Shown here piece by piece: positions 30,197 to 43,323 of a stretch of DNA of 64,000 nucleotides (position 1 is the stretch's first letter; each line of letters begins with the position of its first letter). The notes under the pieces were generated by a model. It had not been told where the DNA came from. It was given only the letters and a program-made list of their open reading frames with translations, and did not search any database. The position numbers and the translations under genes are program-made. The stretch is taken from assembly GCA_907165135.1 (NCBI GenBank), contig OU015569.1, forward strand, positions 12,710,001-12,774,000, in the 5' to 3' direction. This DNA comes from Oikopleura dioica (taxonomy: Eukaryota > Animalia > Chordata).

Positions 30197-30700
30197 ATGT
30201 CAGAGGAAGGATCCCCCAACAAAATCAAAGCCACCTGCTACATATGTGGCAAAGGGCCTTACGCAAACGTAAAGAGGCACATCGACGAGGTCCACGAGAA
30301 GATCAAGAGAGTGGTCCGCGATCCTGAAGAAGAAGAACGAAGAGGCAGGTCGACTGCGAAAAAGTAAGTTACCATTTCAATTAACCGATAAAAATAACCT
30401 CAATTTTAGGGAGGAAGAAAAGAAGAAGCCAGTGAAGCAACCCCCCATGGACCCACTCCGTCTTCTAAAAAAGTAAGTAAACAATTAAATTAACTGATAA
30501 AAATAACCTCAATTTTAGGGAGGAAGAAGAGAAGAAGCCAGTGAAGCAACCCCACGTGGACCCACTCCGTCTTCTTAAAAAGTAAGTAAACAATTAAATT
30601 AACTGATAAAAATAACCTCAATTTTAGGGAGGAAGACAAGAAGAAGCCAATGAAGCGAGGCCACATGGACCCACTCCGTCTTCTGAAAAAGAAAAAATAA
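30197..30700 (+). CDS. 121-aa protein: one C2H2 finger + three Lys/Glu/Pro repeats; join(30197..30363,30410..30472,30519..30581,30628..30700)
   Basis: CYICGKGPYANVKRHIDEVH; three phase-2 exons encoding KEEEKKKPVKQPPMDPLRLLK-like units; introns are gtaagt...ttttag. Confidence 0.8.
30364..30700 (+). repeat. Tandem triplication of a 109-bp intron+exon unit
   Basis: 46-nt intron plus 63-nt exon repeated three times; introns 2 and 3 are identical. Confidence 0.95.
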
Positions 30701-30893
30701 AATAATTTTCTTTGATATTTTGTATTTTAATAATTTATAAGAAGAATTGAAACGATATAAAAATAGAAAATATTGTTGAAGGCAAAAAGCAGGAGTAGAA
30801 AAAAGCTAGGTAAGACAAAAGTGGAGGTTAGGCACGGATGAGTGTTTTTGTGAAGAGAAGGTTGGAAAGGAATGCGTTCAAAGATAGATGCTT

Positions 30894-33800
30894 TTAGCTT
30901 TTGTGCTTGACGGGCTTTTGCCGCTGCGTTTGAATTGGCTCCAGTCGGTTGTAGGGCAGCGCGGACGTAAACATCTCCGGCTCCATTTTGACGAAACTGT
31001 CGCTGAAACGAGGCTGCCGCTGGTTCCCGTGCTTCAAAATCGGTAGTTATCAAGACAACTGAAATTTATATTTACCTTGAGCCCGGAATGGGCAGAACGA
31101 GTAGAAGTGGTTCCCGAAAAGGGTCCAGAACCCCGACGGTCGGGTTCGACGAGAAGAGCGCGTTGTAGTTTTGCTCGCGGTTGACCAACTCGAGCTGGAA
31201 ATATTTCAAGTTCTGCTGCAACTTGTCGATTGCTTCTTCTTTCTCGGCGAGGACAAGCTACAGGAAATCTGTTCATTGTTCTTTTAAAACGTCTTTACCT
31301 CTAGATTTCTTATTCTTTGGAGATCTTCTTCGAGCGACTCGCGATTTTCAAGCTTTTCTTCCAATTCGGCCTTGTCTTTCGAGAATTGCGAGATCTTTTC
31401 CATCAAGGACTCTTTCGTTTTGTTGAAATCATTGATCAAAAGCTGAAATCAACCTAATAAACTAGTGAAAAGAGCAAATTCAAACCTGGCGTCGTCGGAG
31501 TCCATCTGCGATGCTTTCGTTGACGCAGTTGTCTCTCTCCACTTCGAAGTCTTTCTTTAAGCTCTCGATTTGTTGGTCGAACGAGCCTTCTGCTTCTTCT
31601 TTTAGCTTTTTCACTCTGAAACCAATTATAACAAATGAGACAAAAACACAAGAACAAAGCTTACGGCCTCGAAAACCTTGATTGAGACAGGTTCTCAGAC
31701 AGGTTTCTTTTCCTGGGCTGAGTTCTGAGTCAGAAGCTCTCGAGCTCAGAAGCCTTCACTCAAAAGAGAAAGAGTCGTTAAGAAACACACCTGTCGACTT
31801 CCAAAATAAGTCTTCGATTTTCGGCGATGGACGATTTCAACTGATCGTAAGCATTTTGCAAGGAAGCTTCTTGGCCTTGAATTTTCGCTTCCAAATCTTC
31901 TTTCAAAGCAGCTGATTCTTCTTCAACGCGCTCACGGATCTGTTTTTCAGTTCAAAATTTGAGTCACTTCTACTTCAGAAAAAGGGAAGAGCATAAAACT
32001 GTTCCTGTTGCTCCTTGAGCATCCTGGTTTCGAAATCGACGCATTCTTCTTCGTGCCGTTTTTGTTCGTCGTCCAGCTCGGATCTGTGCGCTTCGATCAG
32101 CGACTCTTTTAGCTCTTCTAGGGCCACGGCGTGTTCGCTCTTCAGCATTTCCACTTGCTTCTGGTAGTTGACTTCCAAGCGCGCTAGAAAGAGAACGTAA
32201 TTCAGCCCAATTTGGGTTATCAATTATTTAGGGATTTCGGAGACTATAATTCAAGCTTTCCAAGAATCAGTTGGGGTTGGTTTTAGTCCAGGTTGCATTA
32301 GCTACGATGGTGAGCGTTCGGGTTATTACTAATTTGTCCTACTTGAAGTGTCACTAAGTAAAAAAAACTCTAGTCAGTTTAATTCTTTTTGAAACCCACC
32401 CAGCAGCTGGGAGGGCAGTGAACTCAAAGCATCAACAAAAATTTAGCAGGACCTCGGCTCGGCTATCTATGTGGGAAACCTGAGTCAGGGCTTGAAAGAT
32501 CAATTATGAAAAGCCACGGAGCGGCTTTTTTCAAGACACAGTGGCAAAATTATCATTTCATTCAATAATTAAAATCTGGCAAAGCCATTTTCAAACCTTT
32601 TGAGCAGGTCTTGAGTCAAGGCCTGCGCAGAAATGCCAAACATTCAAAGTACTATCATTTTCAAAATAAGAATACTGACCTTTGAGAGCGTCAATGGCGA
32701 TGCGCTGTGACTCCAAATGCTCGATGCTCTCTTCCCTGCTTTTCTGCTCGATCCTGGCAAGTTCCGCTTTGCGCTCATCCATCAGCCGCTCTTCCAGCAG
32801 CTCCATTTCAGATTGATGATCGCCCGCCATTTTCTGCCTGCTGGCTTTGAACTCGCTTTTGAGTAGCTCCATCGACTGTTCCATTTCTTTCATTTTCAGC
32901 TCTGCCGTTTCGCGCAACCTCTCCAATTCCGAATTATGCGACGACGACTGCGCCTCCTTTTCTTCTTCCAAAGCGGCGATCTTCGCCGTCAGCTTTTCCG
33001 CCGCGCTTCGCCAGCTCTTTTGCACGATTTCGACTTCTTTTGTCTTTTCTGCCTCGAATTGCTCCACCAAATCGGCTCGTTCCTGAAAGTTAATATTCAT
33101 GGACTTGACTCGGTAACCTGCGAAGAAAACCTTCACTGACTCAAGTCAGGTTCTGAAAAGCGGGCGTTTTTGAAAACGAAGCCGTGAAGTTATACAAGGG
33201 AAAACGATAAATTCCTCTTAAAATATTTGAGCCCTGCTCTTTCAGTTTTATTTATTCGATTAAATAATATCGAAGTACAAGACCATATTTTCAAGAAAAA
33301 GGCCGAGTGGCAAAATCGTAACTTCGTTACATATTTCTCTGAAAACGGCGATGGGAGTCTAGACAAGCGAGGCAAAAGTCTAGACCGAGCTCCAAAAATT
33401 AATTTGACAGGAGCTTTGGCCTTCGATTTCGAAGAATTTTACATTTTCCTGGAATAATTCAGCCCCAATAGTCTATTGCCAATAGAAAAAATAGTCCCAC
33501 AATTCCAAACCAGTACCATTTTGAGTCTTTTGGAGAGCTCCTCGCGGACGCTGGCTAATTGGCTCTGAAGTTCGCTCTCCCATTTGCGTCGCTCTGCGCT
33601 TTCCACGGATTGACGTAGACTCTCCTCCCGCGCTGCCCGGAGATTGAGCTCTTTCTCCAAATCTGACGGAAGAGCGCGATTAGATTCTAATTGAGTTGCT
33701 CCCTAACTCACCTTCCTTGACGTCCGCCTGGGCCTTTTGAGACTTGATCAGCGCCTCCGCCAAAGTGGCGATCTTCTTCGTCTGCTCATCCTTCATCTCG

Positions 33801-36800
33801 CTCAGGTCCTTTTCCCGACCACGCAAGTAGCTTATTTCGCCGGAGAGAGTTTCCCCTTCCGAGGTTCGCTCTTTCATCAATTCCTCCAGCTGCGCGATTT
33901 GGGAAGCCATTTCACTTTTTTCGCTTTTATCCAGCTTCGCCAAAAACAATACTTTAACTGTCTATTATTGACAATTTAAACAAACGATTGAGTTTATCAA
34001 GTTGTCAGTAATTTAGAGTTATTATATGTTTTTTATTAAATTTCAAGGTTAAGAATCTTAATCATCAAAACTACTTAAAATTATTCAAAACTATTTTGGC
34101 TAGCGTTGCCTGAGATGCTCTTTTCGGAGCGAGTCGATCATCTGCTCTAACTGCTTAATGTTGCTCTGGAAGTTTTCCTTCTGCCCTTCCGAGAACTTCT
34201 CGCTCATTTGCTGGATGTTCTCGCGCTCGATGTCGAACTGCTGCTGGAGATTGTCCTTCTCTGCGGCCAAGATCCGTTCATAGTGCTTTTTTGTTTCTTC
34301 CGCTCGTCGATCAAAGTCTGTCAAAGTGTCAAAAGAGTCTCAGTCCCAAATCAGGGTTATTTTACAATTACGGACTTATTTTCTTTGAGCCCCGACTCGG
34401 TAACCTGTGTCGAGTCCTGAGTCAGGATTTGAAAGAGATACGCGGCTTTTCATAAAACCCCTTTCAAATCCTTACTCAAACTTCCGATTTTTTTACTTAA
34501 AATCCATCTCATTAGAAGAAATAAATGGCTATAGGTAATAAGTCTGGAGAAGCCGCCCGGCGGCTTCGTTGAAAAAGCCGCTACGCGGCATTTCGATAAA
34601 GATCTCTCGAATCCTTATTCTGTTTTTTACACAGGGACGATTGTGGGATAATTAAGAGTTACGATAAATTTACTTGAAGCTATCGTTTTGAATGTAAACA
34701 GATTTTATTATTCAGAATGAACAGTAAAGGCATATCCAAATCGGATCCTCGCAGGTTCATATTTTCGTGCAAAATCGAAAAAATGAGCTTTGAAATTTCG
34801 AAATATTGGAATTGAAATTGCGCGAAATCGGGGAATTGCGAGGATCCGATAAGTATTGGGCGATTCGACACAATCCTTGTTGCTCTTGTTTTCTGCGGCT
34901 CTTCTCTGCGGCGAGCGCATTGTCCTTCGAGGCCAGAAGCTGGTTAAGCTGCTCGGCGCTGCTCTGATGTTCTGCTCGTGCCTTTTCCAACTGCCGGGTT
35001 AAGTCTTGAATTTTCTTTGCAAGGATTGATCTCGAATCACGCTGTCTCCGCGGGACGCCCCAAACCCTTTCAAACCGACAAATATAAATTTCCCGAAAAT
35101 CAACCAGAAAATCAAGAGACTTTTCAAAAAAAAAACGCGAAAAACTATAAAAGCGCAGTTTAATAACTATCGGCGATAGTCTATCGTAGGAAGTCATCCT
35201 TGATCTCAAGAGTCCCGACTTTCTCCAGAAACACTATCATTTTCCCGAATTTAAAAGTATCGACATGTTATACTTTTCAAATGGTCGGCAAGCTCTGACT
35301 AGTGCAATCTGTTAAGGCGAGCGTTGAATAAAAAAAAGCGCGCTGAAATAAGTTGTACTGTTCCGAGTTGGTCCCGTTCGACTTCGAACCTAGGCTCGAC
35401 AATCTATGTAAAAACCTAAGTCAGGGTTCTAAGAGAGATTTCAGAAAAGAGCTTCTCCAAAATTATCATCTTATTCTTGTTTATAAATTCTTGCTGTGTG
35501 GCTTCTTTTCTCAAAGTTCTCTCAGGACAGTGACTTGACTGAAGGTTTAACACAGTCTCACACAAGCTGATTCAATCCAAATCCTTTGCTGCCACGTCGC
35601 TGAAGTCCTTTTTGGAGCTTTCAGCGCTGTCGGCTTTCAACTCTGCTTTTTCAAGCGCCTAGAGAAAACAGTTGAAGACAAGGAAGAGAGCTGAAATCAT
35701 GTATTTACGATTTTGGCTTGGTTGGTTTCAGCACGCAATCTGACACAGTCGCTCTCCACTTCTGCCAGTCTGGCGATATTCTCCTCGAGTCGCTGCTGCT
35801 TCGAAGCGATCTCTTCTTTCGAGGCAGCTAGTTCCGAATTTAGCTTCTCGAGTTGAGCGTCGACGCTGCTTTTCTGAAGCGCGAGCGTTTCTTTTTCGCC
35901 CAGAATTCGCTCTCTTTCCGCGCTCATCTCGTCCAGCAGAGTTTGAAGGTCTGAGCGCTGCTTTTGGCCTTCGCCCTTGGCAATCTTCATGCACTGCAAA
36001 AAGCTTCGGAATAAGTCTTACAAGGATGATATTTTTGCTATTAATATTTTTTTAAAAAATAGTTGCTAACTTCAGAATAAAAAGAAGCCGTTCCTTTAAT
36101 TCTCTGGACAGTCTCAGAATTTCCTTTTCCTGCATTTCAACTTGTTTCTCCAACTTGGCAGCGTTCTTCTGCGCCGATTCGGCTTTGCTGAGTTCCTTTT
36201 CTTCGGCCGAGCGCGCTGCTAGAAGTTCGCGAGTGTGAAGCGCCTTCAGATTTTCGATCGCAGAAGCGTTTTCGCTTTCTTGCTTTGACAACTTTGCGGC
36301 GTAATCGCTTTGTAAATCGTTTCGTTCTAGCCGCAGACTCGAAATCGCCGAGTTCAGTCGGTCTTTTTCGTCTTTTAATTGCGCTTCTAGCTCTTGGATT
36401 CGCTTCAAACCTTAAAATATCAGTTTTTTAGATCGATATCAAAGAAGAAAATTCTAGACCCTGATTTTTCGGGGTTATAAACCTGAGTCAGGGTCCTAAA
36501 CGAGCTTAAAAGCCGCCAAAATTAAGCGTTCTTTACTTTAACAATCTTAATAAGAGCAGCTACACGCCTTTATAGAAAAGCTCTTTCAGGACCCTGACTC
36601 ATGTTTATGCACGCCTTGCCGAGCCCAGGCTTACTTGATTGATCCGGGCCTTTGGGCCGTCTCGAGAGCTCAAAAGTCAGTTTCGATTTGTCCTTTTGCC
36701 ATTCGTCCTTTTCGATGCTGAGTCGTTCCTCGAACGAGCTTTTCTGGAGCATCAACTGTTCATTCTGCGCCTCGAGTTCCGACTGCGCCACTTTGAGCGT

Positions 36801-37162
36801 TTTCACCGTGTTCTGGAGCTGCGATTTCTCGTGAAGCCAAGCTCTCTCCGCCGCGTTAACTCGGTCGTGGATGGTTTTTTCGACTTCGGCCGAAGAAGGG
36901 CCGTTTTTTAACTTAGAAATTCTAATAAGCGGATAGTTCAACAAGCAAATGGGCTCGAAAACCTGTGGAAAATTACCTGTTTGAGGTGTTTGACTTCTGC
37001 GTGGTGTTTCTCGATGAGGTATCGGATTTTGGCGTCTTGGTCTTCGCACTTGGTGTTTAAATTGTAGACGACTTTGGTCAGCTGGGCGATCTTGCGGCTC
37101 ATCTTCTGGTGGATGTCGTTGACGTCGCCGTCGCCCATCGCCGGACTCATCATTCTACTCAT
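30894..37162 (-). CDS. FAM184A: FAM184A/B-like long coiled-coil protein (many exons)
   Basis: N-terminal MSRKIAQLTKVVYNLNTK and C-terminal ELVNREQNYNALFSSNPTVGVLDP match recalled FAM184 signatures; coiled-coil exons in between. Last exon frame inferred. Confidence 0.85.
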
Positions 37163-37471
37163 CCTCGATCGCCAGCTTCGACAACTGCTTCCGATTCGAT
37201 TTCAATTCCTCTGAAAAAATGCGAAAATTAAAGAAAGCGTCATTTCCCTTTGTGGCTCATAATTAGGGGGAATTAGCACAATCGTTTTCGCATTTTTAAA
37301 AAGTGATTGATGCCTCCTCTTGCCTGCCCAGCTCTACAAATTCAGAGGATGGCTCGACAAACCGTGTACAAAACATGAGTCAAGATCCTAAGCGGCTTTT
37401 TTCAATACGAAGCCGCCAAGGTGAGAATTTTAACGATCCTGACTCAGGTTTTTCCACAGGTTGCCCTACCC
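32452..37471. mobile_element. Family-A MITE copies in FAM184 introns and upstream: ~32452-32630, 33098-33190, 34386-34640, 35388-35530, 36455-36630, 37345-37471
   Basis: Same arm consensus; coordinates approximate. Confidence 0.8.
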
Positions 37472-37605
37472 AGTTCACAGCTTTTCGTGTTTTATTTAAG
37501 TTAAGTGGCAGATAAATGATATAGCAGAACATTAGTGCTAAAGATCGCAAATACGGACAAAAGTCGAACTTGCGGAACAAACTTCAAATCGGACTTATTT
37601 TTAAC

Positions 37606-38928
37606 TTAGCTTCCGGTAATAAAATCGTGCTGGAGAGCCTCGGCTGGTCGCAGTCGCTTGTGGGGATTTGGGTTGAGAAGTCCCTTGAGCAGATTCACTG
37701 CGGAGAACCATTCGAGGGAATTGGTGTCATCGGTTGGAGCTGGACTTTCTGACCCTTCGGAAGAGTAAATTCCCGACTCTGCTTCCTCGTAGCCGTCTTC
37801 GGGCGGGTAGGAGTTAATCCTTAAAGTTTGTTTAACAAGAGTCATTCCCGAAAGAACGCCTTTCAGAAAATACCTCAGTGTTTTGACAAGCTCATCGAAG
37901 TCGACAACTTCAGGCTTCATATTCGTGTCCAACGTCTTGTCCATCGCTTTAGCCGCCTCCTTCAATTGGCCCCAGCCGAGAACTTGCGCCATCATCGCGA
38001 GCGAGTCCATATCATCCGCTTTCGGAAAGAACGGGTATCTGCGAGTGACGATGCTCAGCATGCACACACCGGCGGCGTAGACATCGATTTGTCCGTCTGA
38101 CAGAAATTAGAAAGTCAATTTGTTTCAATCGCGCTAATTTACCGTAATTGGGGTACTTCATCAAAATCTCTGGGGCACGGAATCCGGCAGTTCCTCCTCG
38201 ATCAACTTGCTGCTTTGGCTTCCTCGCGCACTTTGAGCAGTACGTCGGTTCGTTGATACAGCGACAATGGTTTGCAAGGACGTCTTTCTGCAGCTTTGCT
38301 GGTTGTTCGCGATTCAATTCCGAGAGGCCGAAATCGATCAGTCGGCCTTCTCCAGTGACAGGATTGAAGAGGAAGTTCGCCGGCTTTACATCCCGATGAA
38401 TAACTATCAATCACGTTGGAAAGTGGAAAAAGGGAAAGTGTTACCGTTGAGCTTCTGTAAGTATGCCAGGGCTCGGAGCAGACTGGTGGCGTACCACTTG
38501 ATCTGGCAGAGGTTGAGTCTGTCGTAGTATGATTCGAATGCCTTGTTTTCGAAGTACACCATCACTATCGCGCAGTGACCTAATTTAAATCGCTGAGCAA
38601 AAAGTTAACCTTATGCCAACTTACCATCTGGCTCCATGTGATACATCAGTAGCTCGGAAATGTTGCCCAAACCATCCGCGAGCTCCAAAATTTCAATCTC
38701 CGTCTGCACTCGTTTGGGATGGTTGGAAGGCTTCAGCACTTTAATCGCCAGTGTGGGATTCTCCTTCTTTTTCACGTGTTTCTTCTCGCCCTTCGACTTC
38801 TTCATGTAGCCTTTGTATACATTCGAAAACGAGCCAGCACCAATTTGCTCGACGAATGAATACATTTTGTCGAATCGCGACTCCAGGAACTCTTTTTCCT
38901 CTTTGCTCAGAGGCGCAAAGTTCGGCAT
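37606..38928 (-). CDS. CDC7: CDC7 kinase
   Basis: IGAGSFSNVY, AIK, SNHPKRVQTEI, IHRDVKPANFLF, LIDFGL, C-x-C...CSKC insert, RGGTAGFRAPEIL, RRYPFF, RPAEALQHDF. Confidence 0.92.
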
Positions 38929-39169
38929 TTCAACGTCTCTACAAAAGAAAATTAGAACTAAGAGCTCGGCTGCCTGAAAAAGGCAACAGAAAGATGCTTT
39001 TACAATCTGCAAGTCCCCTTAAAGAGAGTGCACTTTAAACGACGGAATGATTTATACTTTTCAAAATTGAATTGGTTTATTGAATCGATGAATTGAAATG
39101 CGAGAATCAAAGAACTTCAAGGAATCATGACATGTGTTGAATAAAACTGAAATTATGAGTTAGAGCAGT

Positions 39170-40892
39170 TCAGAAGAAATAGTTCTGGAGAAGAGCCATC
39201 ACTGGCGCACCGGTTGGCAGTCCTGGGAACGGGCCAGAGGAACCAGCAATATCCAAGTGAGCGTATTTCAGCGGCCTAAAAACGGTGTTAGGAGGGAACT
39301 TGACCGAATAATACGAGGGGATTTCGAGCTATTTACGTTAAAATCTTGATAAGGAAAGCATGTCTTACTTGTCAGAACCAAGACCGTGCTCCTTCAAGCC
39401 AGAAGTAAGAATCATGAAGGCGGCGGGAGTCTGATGTCCTCTGGCAGTTTGGGACGATGGCTTGTTATTGCACTGAAGGACGTCGGATTGCTCGTCCTTG
39501 CCCTTGTGGAAGAGGTAGTCCTCTCGTCGCAGTGTCGAGCAGTCGAACTGGTCGCCGATCTGCTCGCCAGCTTCTTGCAGCTTCAAGTGCAGATTCTCGC
39601 GGCGGTACGGGCCGTTGGGCACGATGGCAGTGTAGTCCCCGACTGCGAGGCAGGCGTGGCCCGTCAGTGTCGCGATCGTGTAGATTTCGGGGTCGGGGAG
39701 GTGCTCGTTCAGCGCCTTTTCTTTCGCGTGGCTAAAAAAGGTCATTTGATTCAAAATGAGGAAGTGAAGCTCTTACCAGAGAACGTCGACCATTGCCATT
39801 CGACCTTCAGCGTCGGTGTTACCGACTCGGACGCGAACCCCAGCGCGGCTGGTGATGATCTCGTCTGCGAGATAGGCTTCTGAGCCAACAGAATTTCGAA
39901 CCATGGCCATTCCACCGATGACGCGCACTCCGGCCGGCTTGATCTTGGTCAGCGCGTATAAGAAAGAAGCAACTGCCGCTGCGCCGCCCTTGTCTCGGTG
40001 CATTCCAGCCATGTGGCCGCCGGCTTTGATGTCGGCTCCACCAGTATCGTAGGTGACACCCTTGCCGACGAGGAGAAGCGTCTTCTTCGCATCGCCGGGG
40101 TTGTAATCGAGCCAAATGACGCGGCCTCGGTGTCGCTCGACCGTGTTTGCACAGCGATCAACAGCGGCAAAGCAGGGGTACTCCTTCACCAGCGTTTCTG
40201 CTCCTTCCACGACATTGATGGAAACGCAGCTGCCGTTGAAAATGTCTCGCACGTATTTTTCCACCATTTTGGGCGCCATTCGTTCAGGATCGGAGCCAAG
40301 AATGTCTCGGTAGACGGTTTTCGCCGCCTCGATGTTTTGCGCCTTTTCCTGGACAGCTTTCGCAGAATCAGCGTTGTTCGACCAGATTCCCAGGCGCTCG
40401 GCTTTCTTAGCTTCCGATGGCTTCGATTCTCGATGCTCAAGGGTGGTGTACAGCGCGTGGTAGGCGCCGAGAAGGGTCACCAGCGTTGCGTTTTCAAAGC
40501 TGTCGCTGTGAAGCGAGATAATCGCCGGTTTCTTGGCTCCAGTGGCGAGGGCACGCTTGATCCCTGCTTCTCCTGCGTCGAAGAATCGGCGAACATCGTC
40601 CTCGCATCGGTTCAACGGGCCAGTCGGCGAGACGACCAATCGTTTTCCATTGACGACAGCAAGGTTGACGGAGCTCGAGAAGCTAGCATCGAGCTTGAGG
40701 TACTCGTTCAGCTGCGGAAATCGCTTGTCGATCTCGCCCTGGTGGCATTTGCAACCCAGATTGGCGACGAGTACGAAAATGTCTAAAAAGTCGAGTTGAC
40801 TCTCAGTGAATCGAGGAAATGGATTAACCGTAGTTGCTATCGTCCATTGGACTTGCGTCATCGAGCACGCTCAGTGGGACGATCTCTACCAT
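39170..40892 (-). CDS. M17-family leucyl aminopeptidase
   Basis: LVGKGVTYDTGGADIK, MHRDKGGAA, NTDAEGRM, TIATLTGHA, AHLDIAGS; metal ligands intact. Confidence 0.93.
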
Positions 40893-41035
40893 TCTTAAAA
40901 ATCGAAGTTGATTGGGATGGCTGTGGATCTGGCGAAAGTCGCCGAAACGGGCGGGATAATGTGCAAATATTGGAAGGCAGTTCGTGTTTACATGATAAAA
41001 TAAACAGCGGAAACGGGTCTCCTTCTTGATGTTCT

Positions 41036-43259
41036 TTAGTTTTTCTTCTGGATTCGTCTGATGCAATTCATGCCCGTAAAGGGACTCTCTTTTGGACTTT
41101 CAACGGTTAGAACTTTGTGACCTTTGATTGAACGGATGTACTCGCCCCAGGAAGAGGTGATTCGACAGCTAGGGCAGCGAAACTTCACGGGAATCACTTG
41201 CTCGAATGAAGAAGCTTGGTTTTCGCTCCTCAAACAGCTTCTGCTGAGACATACGGAGTGAAATTGTGCCTGGCAAACCTCGCGATCTAAAGTCTTTCAT
41301 TACAGCTATTCCGAAAAGAGAGAAGAGCTCTACCTTTACAAGAGAGAGCACTTTTGTCGAGGGCTTTAGTGCAAATCACACAATTTGAAGAGTTTTGCGT
41401 GAGACACGGCTTCAGCGGGCTTGGTTTCCTTGGACTCGGCGCCCTTGTTCTGTAGTTATTTACCAATGCCATGAAACTCTCATCTGATCCACTTCCGTCG
41501 CTTTCTGAATCTGATCTTCTTTCGTCTCCATTTTCTCTTTAGATTTGAAGTTTTGGGATCAAATTTTCATAATCTTTTCTTACTGTGAGGAATAACTGTC
41601 GCTTTCTGCTACTTGAACGTCGTGTCCATCATCCTTTCTTCGAGGTTCACAAACCAAAAGCATTGAAAAATGCATGAGTAAGCTTGGTCAAATGCATCAA
41701 GAAACCCGTTCCTGATCAAGTTCCGGCTCGTTTTCTTGATCCTTCGAGCAGTTGATGAAGTCAACATGAACTCGGACATGAGAAGGAGGCGCTGGCTGCA
41801 GCGGTCGTTTGTACTTCTCGATGAACCAGCAGACATTCAGCGGCAATCGCGACCAAGGAGACGTGTGGAGCATGTGCGACATGATCCGGACCCTGTAGCT
41901 GCAGCTGGAAAAGAGAGCAACTCACCTGTTGCCCATTTTTGGCTGACCCAGAGTGAGCTCTAGTGTTGGTTAGGTATTATTTGGTAGTTATTGTCTATTT
42001 CTATTCTAATCTAGTGATCACCATCCTCAATTTTGATTGGCGAATCAGGTTTTTTTTAACGTTGCACATAATTGGTGGAGCGTTTTTGATGGTGTTAGAG
42101 TCGAGATATTTCATTTCTCTCTTTTGCACTTTGTTTAGGAGGGTCTGTTGTATGTTAAATAAGCTTTTGGTGTCGGCACCATCACTGGTGGTGGAGTAAT
42201 CACGTCATCCAAAATACACTAAAATCATAGGGAAAAATCTTGATGACGTCATTACTCCGGCACCAACCTTGGTGCTGGCACCAAAAACTATCAGGTTTAC
42301 TTCGTATACATGTAGGAAATATCTCTGTATGATAAAAAAGCATATCTGGTGCTTTCAAGGACTTTTAAAATTCTCCCTACCATTCACACTTTGGCGCGAA
42401 TACCCAATGAATGACGTCATTACTCCACCACCAGTGATGCTGCCGACACCAAAATCTTATTTAACATACTACAGACCCTCCCTCACATGGTGCAAAAGAG
42501 ATAACCAAAATATCTCAATTCTAACCCAATGAAAAGCGCTCCACAAAAATGGTGCAACGATAAAAAAAACCTGTTCGATCTAATTTGGGATTCTTAGAGA
42601 TCTATCCTTTTATTGTCACTATTTCTGCTTTTGACAAAATCCAGTTCTAGAACTCGATTCTTAAGATTATGGTGTTCACCCGTGAAACAGTGAGAAATCT
42701 TAAAACAAAGATCGGGACGCATCTTTTCTAGCTCTTCCTGTAGTCGTACTGCGTTTCCTTGGATCTTTTCGCCGGCAAATGCTTCAATCGACGGGATGCT
42801 TTCGGGTTTTGCCAGGCCCACTCGAATCGCAGCCCGGAAATCTCGCTCGGAAAACCGTAGACGAAAAGAGTCTGTCAAAAGGGATAGTTTTATTCTTCAT
42901 TCGACCGGTTGTGCGGGTTACTAGCTAACCGTAACATATCCAAACCGAAATGGGTCACTACAGCCTTGTTTTCTACGGAAGCGGGTTAATTTTGAGTCAC
43001 CGAGGCCGTTTCAATTGAGTTCTGATTCTGGGTGGCCTTGATGATTCAAAACTTCTATTCTATTTTATTGGTAGTTAGCGACCCATACCCATGGGCCCTT
43101 GAGGTTGGTTTTTCTAGCGCCGCCTTTGTGAATTCCACTGTTGTGCTGCATAATCCTCCTCTGCGGATTCACAGTGTACCCGATGTAAGTTCTTCCCTTC
43201 GTGCTGGGATTGAGCGAGCAAAGAAGATAGCAACCGTGCAGATTTTCAATTTCGAGCAT
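41036..43259 (-). CDS. SLX1: Structure-specific endonuclease SLX1 (GIY-YIG + C-terminal RING-like)
   Basis: GCYLLCSL...[27 protein letters not shown]; [18 protein letters not shown]; SPWSRLPL; CVIC...H..CL...CPSC...WG. Confidence 0.94.
42032..42586. mobile_element. Family-B foldback element (~180-bp imperfect arms) in an SLX1 intron
   Basis: 42032-42209 is the reverse complement of 42409-42586 (for example GGTGTCGGCACCATCACTGGTGGTGGAGTAATCACGTCAT); a partial third copy lies at ~42240-42290. Confidence 0.85.
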
Positions 43260-43323
43260 TCTGAAAGATAATGATTTCAAATAAACAGACTCATTTCAAG
43301 TAAAAATTCGTGTATCTGTATTT

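Noticed and set aside
30364-30700. Regular direct repeats resembling a CRISPR array
   Set aside because: There are no unique spacers; the unit is a eukaryotic intron+exon with gtaagt/ttttag borders, and no cas genes are present.
39998-40786. Long plus-strand ORFs (also 39386-39883, 1356-2012, 15150-15644, 19541-20017, 24545-24970)
   Set aside because: They are antisense shadows of well-supported minus-strand genes and show no motifs of their own.
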